A DNA stretch of 20,000 nt from an uncultured virus (IMG/VR IMGVR_UViG_3300042887_005898) (taxonomy: Duplodnaviria > Heunggongvirae > Uroviricota > Caudoviricetes). The translations under genes and the position numbers were made by a program. The stretch's first letter is position 1, and each line of letters opens with the position of its first letter. Below, in pieces: positions 1 through 7,672 of this stretch. The notes under the pieces are model-generated. The model was given only the letters and a program-made list of their open reading frames with translations. It ran no database searches and was not told the DNA's origin. The stretch lies in the IMG/VR virus record IMGVR_UViG_3300042887_005898; one strand, 5' to 3'.

Positions 1-186
1 AATTCAAATATATTTAAGTCAGCTCAATCCCTAAAAGTTGATGTTTTAGAAATCCTTCAAAAAGATCTTACTTTTGCTTGTCAACTAATAATTACAGTAA
101 ACTCTAAGGAAAAATTAGAAGTAATTGATTTTATTAAATTTAACCAAAGTGGAAAAATAATATCTGTTAAAGCTTATAAAGGATAA
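1..186 (+). CDS. 3' part of a SnoaL/NTF2-like small protein (5'-truncated)
   Basis: Frame 1 is open from base 1 to TAA at 184-186 (...LEVIDFIKFNQSGKIISVKAYKG*); the C-terminus resembles SnoaL-like proteins. Confidence 0.55.
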   Translation, partial: NSNIFKSAQSLKVDVLEILQKDLTFACQLIITVNSKEKLEVIDFIKFNQSGKIISVKAYKG

Positions 187-218
187 ATTTCAAAGTTTGT
201 TAAGTTAATATATATTAT

Positions 219-434
219 ATGAAACACTTAACAAACTTTGAAAACTTTGAAGATCTTAAAGAAACTACAGACAACTGGTCTGAGTTTAATGAGTCTTATA
301 ATAAACCAAGAGCAGGTGGAAAAAGAAGATGGTCTGTTAAATACAAGAAATCAATTAATTGTTCTAATCCAAAGGGATTTAGTCAAATCCAGTATTGTAA
401 GAGAAAAAGAAGAGGCGGTAAGTATAAATCCTAA
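219..434 (+). CDS. small phage protein, possibly virion-associated (MKHLxxFE N-terminus; WSxKYKKSINCSNPKGFSQxxxC motif)
   Basis: 71 aa ORF; TAATATATA at 206-214 ends 4 nt before the ATG; the basic C-terminal motif is one I recall from large T4-like phages. Confidence 0.65.
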   Translation: MKHLTNFENFEDLKETTDNWSEFNESYNKPRAGGKRRWSVKYKKSINCSNPKGFSQIQYCKRKRRGGKYKS

Positions 435-435
435 T

Positions 436-813
436 TTATCTCGGAAAATCTAATCCTCTTTCAACAACATTCATTTTATAAGTTTCTGGATTGAATAGAT
501 CAAGAGTGTATTTAATTGCTTTATCAACATCAAAATCTTTACAAGAAAAAATATCTATGAATGTATAGTTTTTTTCTTGAAATGAATGAACAGATAAATG
601 ACTTTCAGCAATGATGACTATGCCTGTAATACCTTTGTCCTCTGGGACTAATCCAGAATAAGGGAAAACATAAGGTTGAGTTATTGGTGTCATACCGATC
701 ATTTCTGGTAAAACTTTTAGATAATTAAAGTGTAATTCATAATTTTCTAAAACTTCTTTCGGACATCCTTTAAGGTCTAATGTCAAGTGTGGACCAAAAC
801 TCTTTTGACTCAT
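436..813 (-). CDS. speD: S-adenosylmethionine decarboxylase proenzyme
   Basis: G-x-H-L-x-L-D N-terminus, IAESHLSVH self-cleavage motif, DIFSCKDF, C-terminal ERG. Confidence 0.93.
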   Translation of the reverse strand: MSQKSFGPHLTLDLKGCPKEVLENYELHFNYLKVLPEMIGMTPITQPYVFPYSGLVPEDKGITGIVIIAESHLSVHSFQEKNYTFIDIFSCKDFDVDKAIKYTLDLFNPETYKMNVVERGLDFPR

Positions 814-931
814 TTTTTATTATATTTTTTATTATATATCAGAAATCCTTGTTTAATTAGAATTTTATTTTTTTTGAATAAATAAACAATTATTTATTTT
901 ATAAATACAATTAAAACAAATAAAAAAGTTT

Positions 932-1894
932 ATGAAACAAGAACCAATACTAACACCAAATCCTAATCGTTATGTTATCTTTCCTATCAAACATCAGGAT
1001 ATCTGGGAACAATACAAAACATCAGAACATTTGTTCTGGACAGCTGAAGAAATCGATTTAGCTCAAGACTTGACCGACTGGAACGAAAAACTAAATGAAG
1101 ACGAAAAACACTATATCAAAATGATTTTAGCTTTTTTCGCAGCATCAGATGGTATTGTAAATCAAAACTTGGCTCAAAACTTTGTTAACGAAGTTCAATA
1201 TCCAGAAGCAATGTTTTACTATGGATTTCAAATCATGATGGAAAACATTCACTCTGAAACCTATTCTCTTTTAATTGATACTTATATCAAAGATGAAGCA
1301 GAAAGAATTAAGTTGTTCAACGCAATCGAACACATTCCATCAATCATGAAAAAAGCTCAGTGGGCTATTAAATGGATCGATTCACCAAATTTCACAGAAA
1401 GATTAGTAGCTTTCGCAGCAGTAGAAGGAATTTTCTTTTCTGGAGCTTTTTGTTCAATCTTCTGGCTTAAGAAAAGAGGATTGATGCCGGGTCTTTCATT
1501 CTCAAATGAACTTATTTCTCGTGATGAAGGAATGCATTGTAAGTTTGCTACTTTACTTTATAATAAACATATTATAAACAAACTATCTGAGGCAAGAATA
1601 AAAGAAATTATCTGTGAAGCAGTAGAAATCGAGAAAGAATTTATTACAGAATCTCTCCCAGTTTCATTGATTGGTATGAATGGTAACTTGATGAAACAAT
1701 ATATTGAGTTTGTTGCTGACTTCTGGTTAGTGGAACTCGGATGTTCAAAAGTTTTCAACACTGCTAATCCTTTTGATTTTATGGATATGTTAAGTTTACA
1801 AGGAAAGACAAATTTCTTTGAGAAAAGAGTAGGTGAATATAAGAAGGCAACTGACAGAGAGTTTAACTGGAATGAATTAGACAGTGATTTTTAA
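932..1894 (+). CDS. nrdB: ribonucleotide reductase class Ia beta (R2) subunit
   Basis: [51 protein letters not shown] motifs. Confidence 0.97.
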   Translation: MKQEPILTPNPNRYVIFPIKHQDIWEQYKTSEHLFWTAEEIDLAQDLTDWNEKLNEDEKHYIKMILAFFAASDGIVNQNLAQNFVNEVQYPEAMFYYGFQIMMENIHSETYSLLIDTYIKDEAERIKLFNAIEHIPSIMKKAQWAIKWIDSPNFTERLVAFAAVEGIFFSGAFCSIFWLKKRGLMPGLSFSNELISRDEGMHCKFATLLYNKHIINKLSEARIKEIICEAVEIEKEFITESLPVSLIGMNGNLMKQYIEFVADFWLVELGCSKVFNTANPFDFMDMLSLQGKTNFFEKRVGEYKKATDREFNWNELDSDF

Positions 1895-1917
1895 TCAAAA
1901 AAAGGAAAAACCAAACT

Positions 1918-1949
1918 AAAGACTTAATATATAAATTAAGTCTTTTTTT
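1918..1949 (+). terminator. hairpin plus U-tract after nrdB, containing a TAATATATA motif
   Basis: AAAGACTTAAT (1918-1928) / ATTAAGTCTTT (1935-1945), 6 nt loop, T-run to 1949, next ATG at 1950. Confidence 0.65.
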
Positions 1950-3611
1950 ATGCTTAAAAATATAATTGAAAAATATATAAATTCGGATAGTCGAAAGAAA
2001 ATTTCTTACTTAGAAAAAGAAATTACTAATCACTCTATACTATATAGTGAGTTCAAAAGAATCTCAAATCCCAATCTAAGCATTAGAAATAACATTTATA
2101 ACATTTATTATGATATAGATTCTATTATCTGTCCTGTTTGTCAGAATCAAAAAGTTGCTTGGAATGAAAAGGATTTTTGTTATAGAAAAACTTGTAGTTA
2201 TAAGTGTTCGGGTAAACTATTGAAAACTGGTAAAAAAGAATATAAGTTTCCAGAAATTGAATCAAAAGAACAATTTATTTCATTAGTTAGGCAAAACAAA
2301 GTTAAACTCACTTCGATTACTAAAACTTCTTACTATGAAGAAGTCAAAAACTATAGAGGTGAAACATTACAAGAGAAAACATTTAGATGGATTAATGAAC
2401 TAAATGATCAAATTTTATGTGACAAAAAAGATTGTCAAAATGAAGTAAGTTTTGTTAATTTCAGTAAAGGTTTTAGACAATTCTGCTCAGTTAAGTGTTC
2501 GTCATCATCTGATATAAAGATTTCAAAAGTTAAAGAAACTTGTCTAGAAAAATACAAAGTAGACAATGTTTCTAAAAGACAGCTACACATTGAAAGATAT
2601 AAAAGTATTCTGAGTAACTTTGATATCATTTCATATGATAGCTCATCTTTTGTTTTGTTTCATCATGATTGTAAAAATCAAATAGAGATAACAAGAAGAA
2701 TGATCTACGATAGAAACAACATGAATACTGAAATTTGTACACACTGTAATAAAATACAGAGTATGCAGTCAGGTTATGAGCTACAACTTAAACAGTGGTT
2801 GATTAACTTAGGTATTAACATCGATGAAAATAATAGGAAAATAATTTATCCAAAGGAGTTAGATTTGTTTCTACCCGACCACAATTTAGCGATTGAATTC
2901 AATGGATTATTCTGGCACTCAGAGAATTATGTTGGTAAGAATTACCATATAGACAAAACAAAACTTTGTGAAGAAAAGAATATCAAACTTATTCATATTT
3001 GGGAAGACGATTGGATTTACAAAAATGATATAGTAAAGTCAATTATAAGTAATAAATTAAAAATTAATCAGAGTAGAGTTTATGCTAGAAATTGTGAAGT
3101 AAGAGAAGTGACTGATGTAAAACTAGTAAAAGACTTTTTAAACAAAAATCATATACAAGGATATTGTAAATCACAGCACAAAATTGGATTATTTTATAAC
3201 AACGAACTTATTTCTTTGATGACTTTTGGGTTCAGAAAAACCAATTCTAAAAAAGAGTTTGAACTAATAAGGTTTTCAAACAAGAAATACTACACAGTTA
3301 TTGGCTCTGCGTCAAAACTATTTAGTTTCTTTGTTAATAAGTATCAACCAGAATTTATTTTATCCTATGCTGACATAAGTTTATTTGATGGGTCCTTATA
3401 TAATAGTCTTGGTTTCAAATTTATTCATAGAACAGAACCAAATTATTATTGGGTTGTTGATGGAATAAGGTATCACAGATGGGTGTTTAATAAAAAGAAA
3501 TTATTAGAGTCTGGTGGTAGTTCTAAGAAAACAGAAAAAGAAATTATGACAGATCGAGGTCATTTTAGAGTTTTTTCTTGTGGTCAAGATAGGTATGAGT
3601 TTACAAAATAA
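1950..3611 (+). CDS. free-standing homing-endonuclease-like protein: Cys-rich Zn-finger repeats, PD-(D/E)xK-like nuclease domain, C-terminal GNAT-like region
   Basis: CPVC..CSYKCS and C..C..FCSVKCS repeats; ELDLFLPDHNLAIEFNGLFWHS and LIHIWEDDW; NHIQG..ELIRF..SYAD..LYNSLGF; directly after nrdB. Confidence 0.7.
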   Translation: MLKNIIEKYINSDSRKKISYLEKEITNHSILYSEFKRISNPNLSIRNNIYNIYYDIDSIICPVCQNQKVAWNEKDFCYRKTCSYKCSGKLLKTGKKEYKFPEIESKEQFISLVRQNKVKLTSITKTSYYEEVKNYRGETLQEKTFRWINELNDQILCDKKDCQNEVSFVNFSKGFRQFCSVKCSSSSDIKISKVKETCLEKYKVDNVSKRQLHIERYKSILSNFDIISYDSSSFVLFHHDCKNQIEITRRMIYDRNNMNTEICTHCNKIQSMQSGYELQLKQWLINLGINIDENNRKIIYPKELDLFLPDHNLAIEFNGLFWHSENYVGKNYHIDKTKLCEEKNIKLIHIWEDDWIYKNDIVKSIISNKLKINQSRVYARNCEVREVTDVKLVKDFLNKNHIQGYCKSQHKIGLFYNNELISLMTFGFRKTNSKKEFELIRFSNKKYYTVIGSASKLFSFFVNKYQPEFILSYADISLFDGSLYNSLGFKFIHRTEPNYYWVVDGIRYHRWVFNKKKLLESGGSSKKTEKEIMTDRGHFRVFSCGQDRYEFTK

Positions 3612-3638
3612 AAAAATCATTAGGAAAGGAAACTTTTA

Positions 3639-3651
3639 TAATATATATTTG
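3639..3651 (+). promoter_or_regulatory. overlapping TAATATATA motif and Bacteroidota -7 element (TATATTTG) upstream of leader 1
   Basis: TAATATATA 3639-3647; TATATTTG 3644-3651 fits TAnnTTTG. Confidence 0.6.
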
Positions 3652-3673
3652 TATAACTTAAAATAGAAAAAAA

Positions 3674-3748
3674 ATGAAAGTTGTTAATAACATATCAATC
3701 ATAGGGAACGGCACTATAGCGGGTGGCCTTCTTTTGCTGATTGGTTAA
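3674..3748 (+). CDS. putative attenuator leader peptide 1 (MKVVNNISIIGNGTIAGGLLLLIG, 24 aa)
   Basis: ATG after an A-rich tract; codons 7-18 are ATA TCA ATC ATA GGG AAC GGC ACT ATA GCG GGT GGC; the 3' end is complementary to the downstream terminator. Confidence 0.75.
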   Translation: MKVVNNISIIGNGTIAGGLLLLIG

Positions 3749-3776
3749 GTATTGACTCTTTCATTCAAGATACTTT

Positions 3777-3807
3777 AAACCCAATCAGTGATGATTGGGT
3801 TTTTTTT
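3777..3807 (+). terminator. intrinsic terminator (attenuator) before tRNA array 1
   Basis: AAACCCAATCA-GTGA-TGATTGGGTTT, perfect 11 bp stem with GNRA loop, T8 at 3800-3807; 5' arm alternatively pairs with CTGATTGG at 3737-3744. Confidence 0.88.
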
Positions 3808-3816
3808 ATTTTATAT

Positions 3817-3890
3817 TGGTGAGTAGCTTAAACGGTAGAAGCACCTGTCTTATACACAGGAGAAAGTGGGATCGTTACCCACCTCACCAA
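3817..3890 (+). tRNA. tRNA-Ile(UAU)
   Basis: Acceptor TGGTGAG/CTCACCA; anticodon arm CCTGT-CT TAT AC-ACAGG; T-arm GTGGG-ATCGTTA-CCCAC. Confidence 0.9.
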
Positions 3891-3897
3891 CTAAACT

Positions 3898-3970
3898 GCA
3901 GAAGTGGTGTTAATGGTTAGCATGTGAGACTTCCACTCTCAAGGTGCCAGTTCGAATCTGGTCTTCTGCT
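3898..3970 (+). tRNA. tRNA-Gly(UCC)
   Basis: Acceptor GCAGAAG/CTTCTGC, U73; TGAGA-CT TCC AC-TCTCA; TTCGAAT T-loop. Confidence 0.93.
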
Positions 3971-3974
3971 CAAT

Positions 3975-4047
3975 GCGAGAGTAGCTCAATAGGTAGAGTA
4001 CCACCTTGCCAAGGTGGATGTTGCCGGATCGTACCCGGTCTCTCGCT
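3975..4047 (+). tRNA. tRNA-Gly(GCC)
   Basis: Acceptor GCGAGAG/CTCTCGC, U73; CCACC-TT GCC AA-GGTGG; T-loop ATCGTAC. Confidence 0.92.
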
Positions 4048-4060
4048 CTTTATAAATAAT

Positions 4061-4134
4061 GGGTCATTGGTGAAGCTGGCTATCACACAAGATTTGCAAT
4101 CTTGAGTCACGAGTTCGAAGCTCGTATGTATCCA
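4061..4134 (+). tRNA. tRNA-Ala(UGC), acceptor stem with a 1 nt bulge
   Basis: CAAGA-TT TGC AA-TCTTG; T-arm ACGAG-TTCGAAG-CTCGT; GGGTCAT pairs with ATG(T)ATCC and keeps G3:U70 and A73. Confidence 0.82.
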
Positions 4135-4139
4135 CAGAT

Positions 4140-4955
4140 TTAGAAATCAGATTTGAAGTATCTAAGCTCACTTTGAGCAAGTTGAGTATCACCTCCAGAG
4201 TATTCTACTAGTGAATTAAACCAAGATGTTCTTATGTCATTTCCTCTTTTTCGATGTCTATCATAAGCGTCTCTTAGAAGAAAAGCACCTGCTTTAATAT
4301 TTGTGATTTGATTATGTTCTTTGAACCCTAGCTTTTTAGCAACAAGATTAAAAGTTGCTGGCATTACTTGACAATAACCAAAAGCACCTGATCCAGCAGA
4401 GTTAGCGATAAATTGAAATCCTGATTCGTGGTCAACAACTCTAAAGAATATTGTATATGGGATTTTATACTTTTCGATTTCGTCAATCATTGTAAAGAAG
4501 ATATCATCAGGTAGTTTAACTAAATTTTGATAATGTGTCAAATTACAATCTCTTTTAATAATAAATTGAAGATACTCACGAGAACCCATAGTTTCTCTTA
4601 GCTGAGTTATAGTAGAATCTTTTCTGTCTAATAGAACATTCGAATTGTAAAGAATATTATTGATCTCTTCTAATTTAGATTCTAATGAGTAGATTTTTTC
4701 TGCTTTATCAGTGAATGATAACCATCTTCCAATTGAAAATAAACCAGTTGTCCAGAAAATAAAGGAGATAACTACAATAACGATTATTTTGTTATTTTTT
4801 AACAGTTGTCTCCAATTTATTTTTCTAAATTCTGGATAGATAAACCATTCTAATATATCGATTAATTGGTATCTAACATACTTTTCAAAAAGTTGATTAT
4901 TGACATGATTCATCAATAACCAACTGTGTAGTTTAATTAAATTTTTCTTAATCAT
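4140..4955 (-). CDS. membrane-anchored lytic transglycosylase (SLT-like)
   Basis: Hydrophobic helix, coiled coil, then HESGF...SAGSGAFGYCQVMPATF...NIKAGAFLL...YSGG; start codon uncertain. Confidence 0.8.
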   Translation of the reverse strand: MIKKNLIKLHSWLLMNHVNNQLFEKYVRYQLIDILEWFIYPEFRKINWRQLLKNNKIIVIVVISFIFWTTGLFSIGRWLSFTDKAEKIYSLESKLEEINNILYNSNVLLDRKDSTITQLRETMGSREYLQFIIKRDCNLTHYQNLVKLPDDIFFTMIDEIEKYKIPYTIFFRVVDHESGFQFIANSAGSGAFGYCQVMPATFNLVAKKLGFKEHNQITNIKAGAFLLRDAYDRHRKRGNDIRTSWFNSLVEYSGGDTQLAQSELRYFKSDF

Positions 4956-5680
4956 CTTAGTTCGTAGAGTTCGTTAATATTTAGTAGTCTATGCTCACAA
5001 TCAACAATTTGTTCTATATTACTTCTATGAAAATGTCCATAAAAATGTTTTTGTATCTTATTGTTTTCATTCAAGATATTCCACATTTTTGTCATTACGG
5101 TTCTTTCTTCGATAAGTTCTTCTTTTAGATTTTCATCGTCAGCACAAAATGTTTCTACTAGATTACCAAATCCCAATTTATTAGTTGGTAAACAAAAGTC
5201 AGGAGCAGTATGTGTAACAAGTATATCGATGCCTCTAAATTCTTTAATCAAATCTTCATTATAGGTAACTTTTTCGTCATACCAATAAGTTCTTCTCCTA
5301 CTCCCGTATCTTGCATATTTCATATTTTCAAGTATTCTTGGTTTTCTGTCAATACTAACAGCACCACCAACAAACAAGAAGTTTTTATTTTCTAAATTAA
5401 GAACTGTATAATCTGGTAATAATTCCAAATTACTATATTTATGTTGTCCTTTGAAAAAGTCTGGATTATCGTGATTTCCTCTTATTGCGTATAAGGTAAT
5501 ATTCTTCTTACTTAAAAAGTCGTTGAAACCTAGTAAAAATCTTGTATCGTTATCTTCATTGGTAAATCCAATACCAAAATCACCTACTTGAATAATGATA
5601 CAGTTATCGATTTTAGTTTTTTCGATATGTTTCATCAAGTAGTTAAAATTCCCATGTATGTCACCAAGTAATAAAATCAT
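4952..5680 (-). CDS. calcineurin-like metallophosphoesterase
   Basis: GDIHG, VGDFG, RGNHD, GGAVSID, THTAP, GHFH motifs; start moved to MILLLGD at 5680 because a promoter lies directly upstream. Confidence 0.88.
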   Translation of the reverse strand: MILLLGDIHGNFNYLMKHIEKTKIDNCIIIQVGDFGIGFTNEDNDTRFLLGFNDFLSKKNITLYAIRGNHDNPDFFKGQHKYSNLELLPDYTVLNLENKNFLFVGGAVSIDRKPRILENMKYARYGSRRRTYWYDEKVTYNEDLIKEFRGIDILVTHTAPDFCLPTNKLGFGNLVETFCADDENLKEELIEERTVMTKMWNILNENNKIQKHFYGHFHRSNIEQIVDCEHRLLNINELYELR

Positions 5681-5684
5681 AATA

Positions 5685-5716
5685 CAAAGATAAGGAAATT
5701 TTTTGGATATTTCAAA
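5685..5716 (-). promoter_or_regulatory. Bacteroidota housekeeping-sigma promoter (-33 TTTG, 20 nt spacer, -7 TATCTTTG)
   Basis: Minus strand TTTG at 5716-5713 and TATCTTTG at 5692-5685, 4 nt before the ATG. Confidence 0.75.
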
Positions 5717-5864
5717 TATCCTCTTTATGTGTGTGTGAAATGACATTCTCATTCCACCACTTTGTAAACTTTGAATTTGGAAAAATTTCTCTTAACTTTT
5801 CACCGACGATAAGACAAGTAAGTAGTAAAAGACCAGAAACTAAAATTATTGTTAGAATATCCAT
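5712..5864 (-). CDS. small membrane protein (50 aa, MDILTIILVSGLLLLTCLIVGEK...KFTKWWNENV...)
   Basis: ORF read manually, not in the track; N-terminal hydrophobic helix; fills the gap between neighbours. Confidence 0.6.
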   Translation of the reverse strand: MDILTIILVSGLLLLTCLIVGEKLREIFPNSKFTKWWNENVISHTHKEDI

Positions 5865-5868
5865 AATA

Positions 5869-6174
5869 CTAATTATTAATTAATGTTAATATACCAGAAA
5901 CTGAAAGAATTATTCCAGTTGATATCATTATATCTGATGTAGATTTAGAAATTTTATTAGTTTGATTTAATAAAATAGTAGTTCCTGTTAAAGCTAATCC
6001 AGTTGATAGAAAAATCACACTACTTTTTTTTGACACATCATTACTCTTTTTAAATTGTTCTTGTGCCGATTTAATAGATTGTGGATTACTATTATAGTAA
6101 TAGTTACTATTAGTCTTCTGTGAAATAACAGAAGTACTTAAAAAAAGTAGTAATATTGTAAATATTTTACTCAT
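5869..6174 (-). CDS. hypothetical exported or membrane protein
   Basis: Bacteroidota-like signal peptide ending ..SQ, two C-terminal hydrophobic segments. Confidence 0.65.
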   Translation of the reverse strand: MSKIFTILLLFLSTSVISQKTNSNYYYNSNPQSIKSAQEQFKKSNDVSKKSSVIFLSTGLALTGTTILLNQTNKISKSTSDIMISTGIILSVSGILTLINN

Positions 6175-6275
6175 TTAACAGTTTCAACTTTATCATAAGC
6201 TGCACATTTAGGATGTTTTGAAACACAAGAAAATAGAGCTATTGATAAGATTAGAAATATAATTACATTTTTCAT
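6171..6275 (-). CDS. small lipoprotein (34 aa, MKNVIIFLILSIALFSCVSKHPKCAAYDKVETVK)
   Basis: Manual ORF; lipobox LFSC; ATGA overlap with the next gene; TAATATATA at 6289-6281. Confidence 0.7.
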   Translation of the reverse strand: MKNVIIFLILSIALFSCVSKHPKCAAYDKVETVK

Positions 6276-6375
6276 ATTGTTATATATTAAAAATAACTAA
6301 AAAAGTTTTGCTCAAAAAATGAATTAAACTTAATTTACTTTATCAATAGAATAATTAAATAAAAAAAATTGTGAT

Positions 6376-7068
6376 ATGAAAATTGGATGGTTTGTTGGTA
6401 CAAAAACTTTCACTACTTCAGGAGAGTTAAAGAGTAAGCCTCAGCTTGATCTCTTAATTATGGAACCCGAAAAAGTTGGAGTCACTGATGAACACGGTAG
6501 TTATAAATATTGTCCAGCTTTTGCTATTTACACTAATCAAACTTTTTTACTAAGATCACCTTTTGATTTAGAATTAAATTTCTATAATAATGAAGTAAAT
6601 GTTTTATACTCTTCGATATCACCTAATGTTATCAAAGACCATCTTACAATTGATATGGAGAAAAATCCAATTGTTCAATTAGAACTTCATATTGGTTTTG
6701 TTGCTGATGAAACTTGTTTTATTGAACTGACAAGTGATCACTTTAGTACAAATCGTCCAAATAATCATGTAAGAGTTGTTCCTGGTACTTATGATATCTC
6801 AAGTTGGCAGAGACTTCTTAACTACTCGATTGAATGGACAGATACTTCAAAACCAATTTCAATTAAAAGAGGAGATCCACTTTTATATGTGAGGTTCAGA
6901 ACCAAAAATCCGAGTGAGAAGTTTGAACTAAAAAGAATTGAAATGACAGATGATTTATTAAAATCAGTTGCTAGATCACAACTTTCTAAATTTTATGTTT
7001 CAGGTAAAACTTGGACACTAATGAAACTTAATAAATTAATGAGACGAAAAATAAAATTTGTGAAATAA
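6376..7068 (+). CDS. hypothetical phage protein, possibly dUTPase-like beta fold
   Basis: 230 aa; CPA, LRSPFD, VPGTYDISSWQR and IKRGDPL motifs; no intact dUTPase motif set. Confidence 0.55.
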   Translation: MKIGWFVGTKTFTTSGELKSKPQLDLLIMEPEKVGVTDEHGSYKYCPAFAIYTNQTFLLRSPFDLELNFYNNEVNVLYSSISPNVIKDHLTIDMEKNPIVQLELHIGFVADETCFIELTSDHFSTNRPNNHVRVVPGTYDISSWQRLLNYSIEWTDTSKPISIKRGDPLLYVRFRTKNPSEKFELKRIEMTDDLLKSVARSQLSKFYVSGKTWTLMKLNKLMRRKIKFVK

Positions 7069-7094
7069 AAATTAACATTTAAGAAAATATAACT

Positions 7095-7150
7095 TATATT
7101 TGTAAAATAAATCGAAAAATACAAAACAAGGTAAGAATTTTTAATATATA
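7095..7150 (+). promoter_or_regulatory. tandem promoter elements upstream of leader 2
   Basis: TATATTTG at 7095-7102 and TAATATATA at 7142-7150; same layout as 19817-19890. Confidence 0.65.
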
Positions 7151-7157
7151 ATAAACA

Positions 7158-7265
7158 ATGAAAACAATGAATCTAAATATGACAAATTTGAATCTCACGG
7201 TGGTGAATACATTATGTATTAGAACCATGAGGTCGGGTATTGCCAAATTTAGAATTGTCTCATAA
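7158..7265 (+). CDS. putative attenuator leader peptide 2 (MKTMNLNMTNLNLTVVNTLCIRTMRSGIAKFRIVS, 35 aa)
   Basis: 20 of the first 25 codons encode M/T/N/V/C/I/R, the seven amino acids of array 2; AGGTCGGGT at 7230-7238 is complementary to the terminator 5' arm. Confidence 0.8.
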   Translation: MKTMNLNMTNLNLTVVNTLCIRTMRSGIAKFRIVS

Positions 7266-7292
7266 CATAGAGAATTAAGTCTAAAGATACAC

Positions 7293-7324
7293 AAACCCGA
7301 CCTTGAAAAAGAGTCGGGTTTTTT
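7293..7324 (+). terminator. intrinsic terminator (attenuator) before tRNA array 2
   Basis: AAACCCGAC-CTT-GAAA-AAG-(A)-GTCGGGTTT followed by a T-run. Confidence 0.88.
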
Positions 7325-7342
7325 ATTTTTGGATAAAAAGAT

Positions 7343-7415
7343 GGTTCCTTCATCTAACTGGAAAAGATATCTCTCTTCTAAAGAGATTATAGAGGTTCGA
7401 ATCCTCTAGGAACTA
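7343..7415 (+). tRNA. tRNA-Arg(UCU)
   Basis: GGTTCCT/AGGAACT; TCTCT-CT TCT AA-AGAGA; AGAGG-TTCGAAT-CCTCT. Confidence 0.9.
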
Positions 7416-7423
7416 CTAAAAAT

Positions 7424-7496
7424 TGACCAGAAGCTAGTACGGTACAGCGGCGGTTTGTTAAACCGAGGATAGTGGGATCGTTACCCACCTGGTAAG
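7424..7496 (+). tRNA. tRNA-Asn(GUU)
   Basis: TGACCAG/CTGGTAA (one mismatch), G73; CGGT-TT GTT AA-ACCG; T-arm GTGGG-ATCGTTA-CCCAC. Confidence 0.82.
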
Positions 7497-7503
7497 CTAA
7501 AAT

Positions 7504-7586
7504 GTACAGATGGTAGAGTGGCGAATACAACAGCCTGCAAAACTGTAGTCGAAAGACCGTCGGGGGTTCGAGTCCCTCTCTGTACT
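7504..7586 (+). tRNA. tRNA-Cys(GCA) with a long variable arm
   Basis: GTACAGA/TCTGTAC, U73; ACAGC-CT GCA AA-ACTGT; variable hairpin GTC-GAAA-GAC; TTCGAGT T-loop. Confidence 0.82.
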
Positions 7587-7592
7587 CAAAAT

Positions 7593-7665
7593 AGTCCTGT
7601 AGCTCAATCGGGGGAGCGCCACTCTTACATAGTGGAGGAAGTCGGATCGTAACCGACCGGGACTA
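7593..7665 (+). tRNA. tRNA-Val(UAC)
   Basis: AGTCCTG/CGGGACT; CCACT-CT TAC AT-AGTGG; GTCGG-ATCGTAA-CCGAC. Confidence 0.9.
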
Positions 7666-7672
7666 CTAAAAT

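Noticed and set aside
238..453. Alternative-frame 71 aa ORF
   Set aside because: Overlaps 219..434, which has the upstream motif and a recognisable sequence, and runs into speD.
3674..3807. T-box riboswitch as the explanation for the leader (GGGTGG at 3721-3726)
   Set aside because: No complete T-box consensus (GGTGGnACC) and too short for Stem I; the open, codon-biased ORF explains it better.
7094..7294. 66 aa minus-strand ORF
   Set aside because: Antisense to the promoter, leader 2 and antiterminator; no recognisable motifs.
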